The notes under the pieces are model-generated. The model made no database searches. It was not told the origin of the DNA and saw only the letters and a program-made list of their open reading frames with translations. 64,000 nucleotides of DNA from Vitrella brassicaformis CCMP3155 (lineage: Eukaryota > Protista > Chromerida), in assembly GCA_001179505.1 (NCBI GenBank), contig CDMY01000887.1:62001-126000 (forward strand), in the 5' to 3' direction. Made by a program: the position numbers and the translations under genes. Shown piece by piece: positions 23,542 to 34,916 of the stretch. The first letter of the stretch is position 1. Each line of letters begins with the position of its first letter.

Positions 23542-24506
23542 ATGAAGCTCTCTTTCTCCCCGCCGAGTCTCTTTTTCTTGCTGACCGTCCGGCATGGACT
23601 CCCTCAGCCGACGCCCAAGAGCACCTTCCTCTCCTTCATGAAGGACACGAACCTCACATGGTCCGACTTCGCCCCGGCAGAATACGCCTCGCATCTCTCT
23701 TCAGCCCCACAGCACGACGACAGGCACCGCAACTCTTTCGACTTGCTCCCCCCCGCCCCACTTCTACGAGCGCCCCGGACAGGCCATGCTGCCATGATGC
23801 CGCCTACGCCGGACGATGAGGAGCTCATACGCATCCGGCGCCGTGTGTCGGGTTCGCTGAGGTCGCCCATCCTCTCTCCGAGGCAGCAAGCTGAGGCGGG
23901 CTCCGGAGGCGCGGTGATCAAGGTGGACGACTACGGCGGCGACCCCGATGGCGTGGCTGACTCGACGGACGCCTTCGAGAAGGCCATTGCTGCGGCGCTG
24001 GAGCACTGGGACGGCACCTACTTGGCCGAGTGAGTTAGTGGGCGTCATAGTGTTTGGAGTGATTCGGGTGTCTGTGTGCGTATATATGCAGGGGCATCAA
24101 GAACCTGGGCGGCGTGGTGATCTCGCTTGACGGCGGCCGGTACATCGTGTCAAAATCGGTGGTCATCCCCCGGGGCTATGGCAACCTCCACATGCGCGAC
24201 GGCACCATCAAGGCAACAGACACGTTCCCAGCCGAGTGCTATCTCGTTGCCACCGGCTCCGACGGATGCAGCGATGAGGAGGAGAGCTCCGCCGACTTCA
24301 ACGAGCACCTGTCCTTCTCGAATTTGATGCTCGACGGCAGCAACGTCGCGTATGGCGTGCTGTGGCTCCACCACCTGATAGGTGGGGTGGTCGGGCCGAG
24401 CAACCTGCTGCTGGGGTTCCAGGAGAGAGGCGTCTACATACGGCTGGGCCACGAGGTGACTGGCAACAGCTTGGTGGCACATGTGGATATCACATCGACG
24501 CCTAGT

Positions 24507-24538
<32 letters not shown>

Positions 24539-25749
24539 TAGGTGATAGTTGAGTCGACGTGGATGGGGCAGTATCTGTTCTCCGACAAGCGGAAGGCCGA
24601 GAACCAGACGGCCACGGCGATACGCATCTCGGCCAACGACCATGTCGTGTCAAACGTGGTAATATTCTCCGCCAAGGTCGCAGTGGTGGACAGGTACGGA
24701 ACGCACGCCGAACGAAGTGTACGCCATGGACGGATGGATGGATGGATGTGACTGATGGGTGTGCGGTGTGTCGACCATCTGTTGGTTGCCAGGGGTGCGG
24801 GGAACACCTTTGTGGGTCTGCACAGCTGGAACGGATCTGGGACCTGCCTCAGTGAGTGCAGCTAGCTCATCATGCTGTGATGCGATTGAGACAGTCAGTA
24901 CCATGCAGGTGAGGTATCATTCATGTGTGTTGGTTGTGTCGTTGTGTCCCTCCAGTTTCACAAGGATACAACACGCGCATCCTGGGGAGGTAGGTCCATC
25001 CATCGATGGATGGCTCAGTCACCTCACCACCACCACCACTCACACACATGTCTGCCTGTGTGTCTGTGTGTCTGTGTGTCTGTGTGTGTGTGTTTGGTTT
25101 GGTGCAGCTACCCTGACTTCAACGACCTCATACTCATGAATCCCTACCACGTCACGGTGACCAACAGCTTCTTTCTCGGCGGGGCGCAGATCATTCTAAA
25201 GGCCGACAGAGCCGGGGAGGACGGCGACACGAGGAGAGCCCCCACCATCGAGGTGAGTAAATGAACAATGAATGAGGTCTGCCGCTTCCCTCGTCCATGC
25301 CATGATGCTCACCTCACCCCTGTGTGTGTGTGTGTGTGTGTGTGTGTGGTGACTGACAGGGGTTGGTCGTGAGGGCCAACACCTTCGACTTCAGCGACGA
25401 GAGCATCATGCTGGTGGAGGGCAACTTCGACAGCGTCGAGGACACCTATATCGGCGCCAATGTGGTCTCCAAAAACATGACGGCCGTCAGCACCTCGTCC
25501 GTGCGGCAGCTGCACCTCACCAATGCCACCAAATGGGACTTCGACTTCTCCGACGAGCTCTTGTTTCCGAGCATCCAGCGGGTGCAGTATTCGCTGGAGC
25601 TTGACGACGCGCAGCCGCTGGTGCGGCATGCGTCGCGGCCGGCCAAGGGCACACACGTGGTTGTCGAGACAGATGTGCCGGTGAGCGGCACCGTGACGGT
25701 GTGGGTGGACCAGAGCAAAATGTCACAGATGGGGGGGCTCTCGGCATGA
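23542..25749 (+). CDS. Secreted pectin-lyase-fold (beta-helix) protein, QRT3-like polygalacturonase family (multi-exon)
   Basis: VIKVDDYGGDPDGVADSTDAFEKAI, GIKNLGGVVISLDGGRYIVSK, GTIKATDTFP, GHE|VIVESTWMGQY, NDHVVSNVVIFSA, NTFVGLHSWN and SFFLGGAQIILK are colinear with plant QRT3-like proteins as I remember them. The leader is MKLSFSPPSLFFLLTVRHG. Confidence 0.78.
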
Positions 25750-26440
25750 CGGGCTGACAGACTCGATGACGAGGGAGCGACGGAAGGGGCATTTGTCAAA
25801 GCAATCATGCGGTGTGTGGGTGTGCTCTGTGCGTGTGTGGGAGAGGGAATTCATATATCGACTAGAGAGCGGCTTTATTCAGGACTCCATTCACCCACGA
25901 GTGGCGCTGACGTGTTGATTGGGTCAGAGACAGACAGACAGACAGACAGTGACAGTGACAGTGACAGTGAGGTGTATGAGAATGTGAGACTCTTTATTAG
26001 GTCACGAACGCGCACAGGGCCATGCACATCACATCAATGCACACATGGATGGACGGAGGGACCGACGGGTGGACGCAAGGATGTTCTGATTAGCGACATG
26101 ACACACACACAACATGACATGACACGACTGACTAAACAGCACAGCCAGGGCGGATATATTTGCCGGCCGGCTGACCACTGTCACGCACGCAACACGATGG
26201 ATCGGATCGCATTGTGGTGGGATGCAGCTGGACTGTGTGTATGCGTATGCACGCTCCCACACACACACACACTCGCACGCCATGGCGTTACTAGCAGGAA
26301 GTGTGTGTGTCTGTCTGGGTGTGTGTGTCTGCTCATGGCCCTTCTCTCTCCGCCCCTCTGTCTGTCTGCCTGTAAAAAAGGGACATAGGCAAAAATCCCA
26401 CACGAGGAATTCACATCGCTCGGTGGACGGATGGATGCGA

Positions 26441-26472
<32 letters not shown>

Positions 26473-27206
26473 CACAGCTGCGGTGATGCCACACAATGAC
26501 GTGAGTGCCAAGAAGGTGACAAAAAGGCACTAAACCAATCGTCGAGGGATCGAGCAATCGATCCATCCATCCATGTGTGTTTGTGTATGTATGTGTATGT
26601 ATGTGTTACTGTGTGTGTGTATCGGACTGGCTGACGCATGGAGACACGTACCCACGGCCATATGCACCTACTGACCTACTGACCTACCCGCCCGACTATT
26701 CTCCTCTGCTAGCGCCTCTCTCTGCCCTTCCCCGCACGCACGCAGCACCCTTGGAGCACGAACACCTTGGGGTCAGTCATCATTCCTCACCACCTGTCTG
26801 CCATATATGCCTATACCACGGTGATATACGTGACCCCAGCCCAATCTCCCAATCCCATGTCATGTGTGCCATAATCATATCCCCTCCGTATACACAGGAT
26901 GGATGGCTAGACTAGACAGGTAGATAGCTAGACGTCATTCATCGCCACATCGACACATCGACATAGACAGACAGACAGACAGACAGACAGAGAGGGAGGG
27001 AGGGAGCAAGGGATACAGCTGGATGGACGGATGGCGGGGATGTCGGCCGAACTGCACGCGCAATAGTCAGTCGCATCACAGATGCGATGCGTGCCACATG
27101 AAGGGTAAAGACTTCACAAAAGCAGCGGGCCCACGGGCCCGCCCCCACGGTGCGCGCGTGTGCATAGGTATGCATGTGCATGTCGCCCGCCCCGCCCCGC
27201 CCCGCC

Positions 27207-27506
27207 NNNNNNNNNNNNNNNNNNNNNNNNNNNNNNNNNNNNNNNNNNNNNNNNNNNNNNNNNNNNNNNNNNNNNNNNNNNNNNNNNNNNNNNNNNNNNN
27301 NNNNNNNNNNNNNNNNNNNNNNNNNNNNNNNNNNNNNNNNNNNNNNNNNNNNNNNNNNNNNNNNNNNNNNNNNNNNNNNNNNNNNNNNNNNNNNNNNNNN
27401 NNNNNNNNNNNNNNNNNNNNNNNNNNNNNNNNNNNNNNNNNNNNNNNNNNNNNNNNNNNNNNNNNNNNNNNNNNNNNNNNNNNNNNNNNNNNNNNNNNNN
27501 NNNNNN
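27207..27506. other. Assembly gap (300 N)
   Basis: N run flanked on both sides by (CCCCG)n. Confidence 1.
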
Positions 27507-27706
27507 CCCGCCCCGCCCCAAAAGCTCAAGAAAAATGATGAAGCAAATACCTGCTGCAGCCATCATGGACTGATTCGTGCGATACACACCACACATACGG
27601 CCATACGCCATACACACATACACACACACACACATACTGACCCACCCACCCACCCACCCACCCAAAAGAAAGAAGGGAACGAAATCGATCGCTGCTCGAC
27701 ACGACA

Positions 27707-30700
27707 TCAGAAAGGCATCCGCAGGTTGGTCAGCAGCGGGCCGTCCGCATCGGCGAGGAACCTCGCGTCAGCAACTGTGGTGGTCAAGTTGGCCTTGGGG
27801 AGGGGGAGGGGGAGGGAGGCGGGCTCGTTCTCGTTCTGCTCGTTCTCAGTCTCGTCATGCTCATGCAGCTCTCGCCTTTGCCGCCTTCTTCGCCTGGCCT
27901 CATGGTCGTAGAACTCATAGAAATCCACCCAGCTACACACACAGACAGACAGACAGACAGACACATCGCTTCAGTGTGCCCGTCGTCTCTCTCCTCCCAC
28001 CGTCCCACCGTCCCACCGTCCCACGCACACACGCCGCCGACTGACTCACCCGTGTCCATAGTGAGCCCATGCGCTCGGCTGGGTGAAGCGGTCCTCTTTG
28101 CTGAGCTTGCAAGCCGTCCGCGTGACCTCATAGTCGAACGACAGACACCACGCTTGCTCCACACACCTGTCCGCGCACGCCTCGACCGTCAAGTCGTTGA
28201 TCGTCTCCTCGTTGAAACCCCGCAGGGCGAACCCCGGATACCGCACAAAGTACCACAGGTTGGAATCCGCCGGAACAACGGGCTTCAATGGGTCGGGCCG
28301 ACTGCCTGGCGGTGGGCTGCCCGGGGGGTCTCCTTCGCCTGGTGGGGGCTCTCCGGGTGTGGGGGTGGGTGTGGGGGTGGTGCTGCTGCCGCCGCCGTCC
28401 TGCTGTGGCGTGACGGTGACCTGCACGGCCATGTCGGCGAAGGCCACGTCGTTGCCGTGCATGCTGAAGAAGATCAGGCCCGTAAGCACGACGTCGTCCT
28501 TCATCTCGGGGGTGGGATTGATCTCATATGCGACCTGGGCCGAGTGCCCGGGCGGGATCTCGCCCGAGGCTATGCTCTGACTGTCGCCTGTGACCGTGAC
28601 GGTATCGTCGCTGTCGCTGGTGGAGCTGAACTTGAACCAGGTGTCGACTTCGCTGGATTGGGGGTGGAAGGTGACGGCTGAGCGGGAGGTGGGGAAGCTC
28701 CCGGATGGCTCGAAGTCGACCTTCATGGTGCCGTCGAGGCTTGCCAGACCAACCTGACATCCAACAGCCATCCATCCATCCATCAGCGGCAACCCCTGTG
28801 TGTGTGTGTGTGTGTGTGCGTGCATTGAAGGGTGGGTGGTGGGGGAAGGGTATGTGTCAGTCAGTCAGTCACCTGCGCCCAGGTGCCCCCGACGCCCCCT
28901 GACCCCTCCATCTCGTTGTAGAAGAAATGGATGGCCCCCGTCTTCTCCAACACCACCTGGAAGGTAAAATGCGACGCCGGGTCGCCTGAACACACACACG
29001 CGCACACACACACACACACACATACAGATGTGCAGACTCCTGTGGGGCTGTCTGTCCTTGTGTCAGCTGTCCGTCGGCTGATTGACTGACTAGAACTAAC
29101 CGAAGTGCCTGAGGTCTTGCCACTGGACGACCACCTCGCTCTCCGTGTGGTAGACCCATACATCGGCGTCCGCCTTGCCGACCAGCGTCAGGTCACACCA
29201 GTACGGAGCTATCACCTACACACACACACCCACACGCACACACACACACACACACTTGTGTCCGTGTCAGACTCTCCTTGTGCCATTATTCATGGGCTCA
29301 GTCGGTGTCAGTGGCTGGGATTGTCCCGACCGCCTTGAGTCCATCGGCTTTGCCGAGGCCTGGTTCGTTTGCCCGGTCGGCTTCGAAGTCCCATGCCTTG
29401 AATGTGATGAAGCCGTTGGTGCAGATGTACATGACCTCATGGTCCTCGCCCCAAAAGTGAAAGGGGAAGGGCAGCATCACCTCAGCCACGGCGTCGTCCT
29501 CATCTGTCCAGTCCACACACACAACACACACACACCGACAGACAGGTCGCTCCATTCTCCTCCTTGTTGTTTTGTTTGCCGGGGAGGGAGGGCGTTCTCA
29601 CTTGAGAGCATGAGCCTCCGCTGCTCGGCCATTTTCCCGGTGGAAGCGTCGTTCCATGCGAAGGCGGGCATGGCCTCCTTCCTGTCGTTGCGGGCGATGA
29701 AGTAGCCGTCGACGGTGGCGTTCATCTGCCGGTAGAGGGCCCTGTTGGTGGGCACGAACATCATTTCGTAAGTCATCGCGGTGCCCCCGCCGTTGGTGAT
29801 CTGACCATGGGCGACACACACACACACACACACACAGGCACACGCCACGCACAATGAATGTGTGTGTGTTGGGTGAGAGGTGAGAGGTGAGAGGCCCACC
29901 TCGATATGTGTGTCGTCGGAGGCACTCATAGAGCCGGTCTCGTGGACGACTGCGGGCGGGCTGAGGGTCGTGTTGGTGGTCACGGCGTGCAGCTCGATCT
30001 GGTAGGCCTTGCCGCCCTCCTCGTTGGTCTCAATTTCCAACGTCGTCGTGATCTCGGCAGCCTGCATCCGGAAGAATCCCATCTGACACACACACACACA
30101 CACACATACATGCACCTCGGTCAACCCACCCATCCCATCTAATGAATGCGTGTGTCGCGTGTCCCGTAGCACCCATAGCACCTGAACGCCGTCGACTTCG
30201 TTGCCGGGCTCAACCATGATCGTTGTCGCTGGCATCGAGGGGTTGGAGATAAAGTCCATGTAGTTGCCACCCGTGAATCGCAGGACCTTCACCTCGAGCG
30301 TCTCACCCCCGTCGTTGGCAAACGAGATGTACTTGACGAACATTGGCACACCAGTGGCGCCACTCCCCAGATCCATATACGCGGGCAGGTCACGCAACTG
30401 CGGGCCGGTGTTGCCGTCAGGGGGCTGAGAGGGCGAGGGCGTTTCTGTGGGGGGCGCTCCTGTCCTGGGAGTGCCTGTCGTTGCTGGTGGCTCTGTCGAC
30501 GGCAGTGGCACCTCGGGGGGCTGCTGTGTGGGGGCTACGGGGGGGTCAGTGGGCGGCGCCATGCTTGGCGCGGCTGTGGGCGGCGCCATGCTTGGCGCGG
30601 CTGTGGGCGGCGCCATGCTTGGCGCGGCTGTGGGCGGTTGTGTTGGGGCCGTTGTGGGTGGGGCGCCCGTCTGCTGGATGTCCGCTCGCACTGTGACGTT

Positions 30701-33700
30701 GACCGCGGCTTGGTCGACCTCACTGCCCGCGGCGTTCTCGGCCGATACCACGATCTGCGCGCTGATCGAGGGAGAAGCGTACACACACACACACACACAC
30801 ACGCGGGCATAGACCTGGGTGGGTGAGAATGGGTGGGCAAAAATGAGACTCACACGTATGTGCCGTCCATTTTGGGGCTGAGTATGACGGGGATGTTGAT
30901 CTGCCCGCCCGCGGGAAGGTCTGAGGGCACGTTGAAGGTGTCCAAGATAGAGATCCACCCGCCGCTGCTGTAGCTGTCGGCCACCGAGGCCGCCGCGTCG
31001 AGCAGGCCCTCCGACACGCACTTGCCCTCCAGCTGATCGAGCTTTTGCACCGTATCCATGATCAGCTTCTTCACCTGATCAGACAGGACCCATAAGTGGG
31101 GGATGGGGCTGTGTTGTGTTGTCGCATTCATTCTTTCTTACGTCTGGGTAGTTGAGTGAGGGGTTGACCTCCCAGACAAGTGCCACGGCGCCCGCGACGT
31201 GTGGGGCGGCCATGCTGGTGCCGCTGAGGTCGGTGTACTGATTTCCAGGCTGGCAGCTGGCGATGTTCACACCTGCATCGGTAGGTAGAGCGAGGGACGA
31301 TGCGATGCGCGGGTTTTAGCCTGTCTCTCTCTCTCTCTCTCTCTCTCGATGTGTGGCTACCAGGCGCGCAGATGTCGACTTTGGTCGCCCCATAGTTGGT
31401 GAACTGTGGCGTCACGCCACTCTCTGCTAAGGCCATCACCTGACCCACACACACGCGTCATCGAGACGGACTTGCCAGCCAATAGGCGCGTGTGTGTGGC
31501 CATGTATTGTATTGTATGCGCCCATACCGAGATGACGCACTCGCCGTCATAGTTGGCAGGGTAGAATGCCGTTGCGTCGTTGTCCGTGCCCTCGTTGCCC
31601 GCCGCCGCCACAAACATGATGTCGCTGTTGCAGCACTCCTGCACAGCAGTTTCCATCGCCTGAAGACACATCACATCCGTCCCATTGCACATGTGGCAGG
31701 GCGGCTGGTTGGTTGCTCACGGCCGAGGATCCGCCGCCTCCCCAGCTGTTGTTGAGAATCTTGGCCTTCTTCGTAATGGCATACTCGACCGCCTTCACGG
31801 CGTTGCTCACCGACCCCTGCACACGCACAGCCAAGGCACCACACCCACATACAGGGAGAGTGACCTATTCGGTTATGGTGTTCACGGCAAGCTCAGTGGC
31901 GTACCGATCCCGATGCTTCCAGGAACTTGAGGGCCATTATCTTGGTGCTCGAGCCGTACGCCACACCCACAATTCCCTTGGCGTTGCCGCCCTCAGCCTG
32001 AGATACACACACACACACATATATATACACACCCACACATTCAAACAGAGAGAGAGAGAGAGAGAACGAGATGGATGGATGGGTGGGTGGATGGGTGGGT
32101 GCAGACGGTGTCAGTGCGCATGGAATGCTTTGCAAGTCACCATGATGGTGCCAGCGCAGTGGGTTCCGTGTCCCTCGTCGTCGGCAGGGTCGTTATCGTC
32201 GTTGGCAAAGTCCCAGCCGTACACGTCATCCACGAAACCGTTACCTGTGCCACAGACGAAGAAGAAACAAGGCTAGGTCGATGTCCCATTCCCTCCTCGT
32301 CCGTCTGGCATACCATCATCATCCTCGCCGTTGTCCGGGATCTCATCCGGGTTGACCCACATCACGTTCTGGAGGTCCTCATGGTTGTAGTCCACACCCG
32401 TGTCTATAACACCCACAATGTGCCCCGTCCCCTGCGCCCTCTCTCCCGACAGCGTCCCGCCCAGAGTGCTGTCCACTATGCTCCACGCTTCCGTCGCCTG
32501 GATGTCAATCCCGGTGTTGGCCTGGTTCTGTAGGCCCCACAGCGACCCGTCCGCGAACAGGGGATCGTTCGGCTCTTTCCCAGTGTACTGGTCTGCATCA
32601 GCAACAGGAGCCAGCTGGCCCCCCACCCCGCCGCACGAGAGATTGCCGCTGATGCAGTCGTCGAGAAGGGGCACCTGGTGGTCGACCTGGTAGAGCTGGA
32701 TGTAGCTGTCGGCTGTGGGGGGCGGGCCTAACGAGAGGCTCGACGCGTTCTGCTCTGACGAGGGGATGCTCGTGGACTGCTTCTTGAGCCGGGGAGGCGT
32801 GCTCTTGGGGGGCGTCTTGGGCGACGCGGCGCCCACGTGTCGGTACTGCAGGGCCTGCAAATCGCGGTCGGGCTGCCGAAGGTTCTCCTTTACCCAGGGA
32901 GAAAACGCATAAGTAGGCCTGCAGCACAACACGAATCCATCCGTCCACAGTCATCAAAATCCATGACCTCTTCCTTCCTCTGGTGCGCATGGCATGGCAT
33001 GGCATGGATGGATGTCTGTGGAGTGAGTGGACTTGTCACTCCTCTCCTCACGTAGTATCGACGGGTTCCAGTCCGCCGCGGCCATGTGAGGCGATGCGCA
33101 CGGTCTGGTCGAATTCGCAGAAGACGACGTCTTCGCTGCTGCAGGCGGCCTTGACGAAGGCCTTAACGTCCCCATCCGTGGCGAAATCCATGATGTCCAT
33201 GTTGAGCCGCTTCAGGTACTTGTAGTTCTGCACCGTCGACGCGTAGCTCGGCGCGTTAAGGCCGCCCGCCAGATCTGTTTGCTGCCTCAACGCCTGCACA
33301 CACAGAGAGGGAGGGTTGCTCCTGATTGAATGCTCTGGTCTTGATGACCTACGTCATCGATGCTGGTGCGCCCGGCGGTGGGGTCGTCCCTCCACTTGAC
33401 CATGAACCGCTCGCCCTTCTTCTGGTCCACCAATGCCACCATGTCATCCGGGCTCAGCTGGCTCCTCATGTCGGGCGCCCCGCTGCCCTTGGGCTGGTAC
33501 GCCGCATTCGCCACCGACGCGTAGATGTTGAGCGCCTCGGCCTCGTTGTTGACCACACTCACTTCGACCGTCTTCTCCTCGCCCGATATGATGTCCTCAT
33601 CGAACCCTTCCGGGGTGACTGCGATTCCTCCCGCTTGACCAGCCGTGAGGACCGAAGACTGCAGAAGGAGGGTGGCGAGCAGTAGAAAGGCGGCAGGGAG

Positions 33701-33715
33701 CCAGCGTGGCCTCAT
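27707..33715 (-). CDS. Secreted modular subtilisin (S8): Ig-like, prodomain, S8, Pro/Thr linker, Ig/ASH-like, NIDO-like, PAN/apple (multi-exon)
   Basis: Signal peptide MRPRWLPAAFLLLATLLLQSSVLTA, with an in-frame upstream ATG at 33823 as an alternative start. The triad is intact (VIDTG, GHGTHCAG, GTSMAAPHVAG) with oxyanion AAGN. Also present: LPFPFHFWGEDHEVMYICTNGFITF (NIDO-like) and EACADRCVEQAWCLSFDY...CKLS (PAN). Confidence 0.92.
30549..30637 (-). repeat. 27-bp coding tandem repeat x3 (TAAPSMAPP)
   Basis: gtgggcggcgccatgcttggcgcggct three times plus a partial unit, within the subtilase linker. Confidence 0.95.
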
Positions 33716-33947
33716 GGCTTGTGTGTTTGGGGTGTTTGGGGTGTTTGGGGTGTCTGGGGCTGCCTTTGCTTCTGCTGTTTCTGCAGTGTCCGGCGCGCGT
33801 GTGGGTGCTGGGGAGGTCGCCATGCTTTGTAGCGTCCGCGAGCGCCTCGCCCGCAGGTTCCTTCCCCTTTTTCACCCTCCCCAGTTTGTTGGTGTACTAT
33901 TATTTCGTCCGCCGCCGTTGATTGAGTCGCAGGCGCAAGAAAGAAAC

Positions 33948-34602
33948 ATGAATGCGCTGGACGCCACTTCCCCAGCCACGCTCTCCGTGGACAAGAGGGC
34001 AATCACAAAAGTGTCCCTCGTCATCCTTCCTCTCGACATTACCGGGAAGAAGCTGTGTCTGTACTTCCACAAGGAAGGGCCTCACCAGGGCAAGTATCTC
34101 GGGGTGTGGGGCAGCGCAACCAAGGGCGAGACTGTCCTGCAGGCCGCACACCGCATCCTGAAGGACGAGGCTTCGCTTGAGTCTGACGCAATCGTGGTGG
34201 TTGGGATGAACAGCTTCATCCAGCCTGTGGATGATGAAGGGTCAGTGGAGGAGTGGCTGGAGTACTCAGTGGTCGCCAGGGGCGTCAGGGGCACACCAAA
34301 GTCGACGTCTGCACTGGAGCCATCCTGGGTCGACGTCGAGGTGGGTGAGGCGACACATCCCCAGTGGCCATGGAGGAGGTACATACGTGCGTGTGTCTCG
34401 TGGCAATCAGGCCATTCCCTACGACAAGATGTGGGCTGACGACTTCCACTGGTTCCCGCCGGCTCTGCAGGGCACCCCGTTTGTCGCCGTGTGGCAGTTC
34501 GTCAACTCACAAGACAACAAGATGGAGCAATACGACATCCGACACGTGGCACAAGAGGAGCTGCAGCGCCGGACTGCAGCAGCTGAGCAGCTCTTCCTGT
34601 AA
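33948..34602 (+). CDS. MTH1/NUDT1-like Nudix protein with degenerate Nudix box (2 exons)
   Basis: GKYLGVWGSATKGETVLQAAHRILKDEASL, then the MTH1-type C-terminal EPSWVDVE|AIPYDKMWADDFHWFP. Confidence 0.8.
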
Positions 34603-34916
34603 GGGAGTGCGTTCGTGCGTGCATGTGTGTGTGCGTCATGGACCGTTCGCTGAGTGAGGCAAAAATTCAACCCGTCATTTGTCGTCGCGCATCGTGTCTG
34701 TCTCTCTGTCTGTCATTGGTGCCTGCCTGCCTGCCGGTCTCTCTGTCCGTCCGTGAGGGCATGCAGCCGTCCGTCCATCTACTTGACAGATAAAATACAG
34801 AGGCATGGATGCCATCCATGCCATGCGACTGATATCTACGAGTAGTGAGTGAGTGACCGGAAAAACAGTCAATCCATCTCTTCCTCCTCCTCCCCCTCCA
34901 TCTTCATTCACTTCAC

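Noticed and set aside
27857-28681. 274-aa plus-strand ORF
   Set aside because: It is antisense to the subtilase PAN and linker exon.
30549-30637. Regular direct repeats as a CRISPR-like array
   Set aside because: They are head-to-tail 27-mers with no spacers, in frame in a Pro/Thr linker of a eukaryotic gene.
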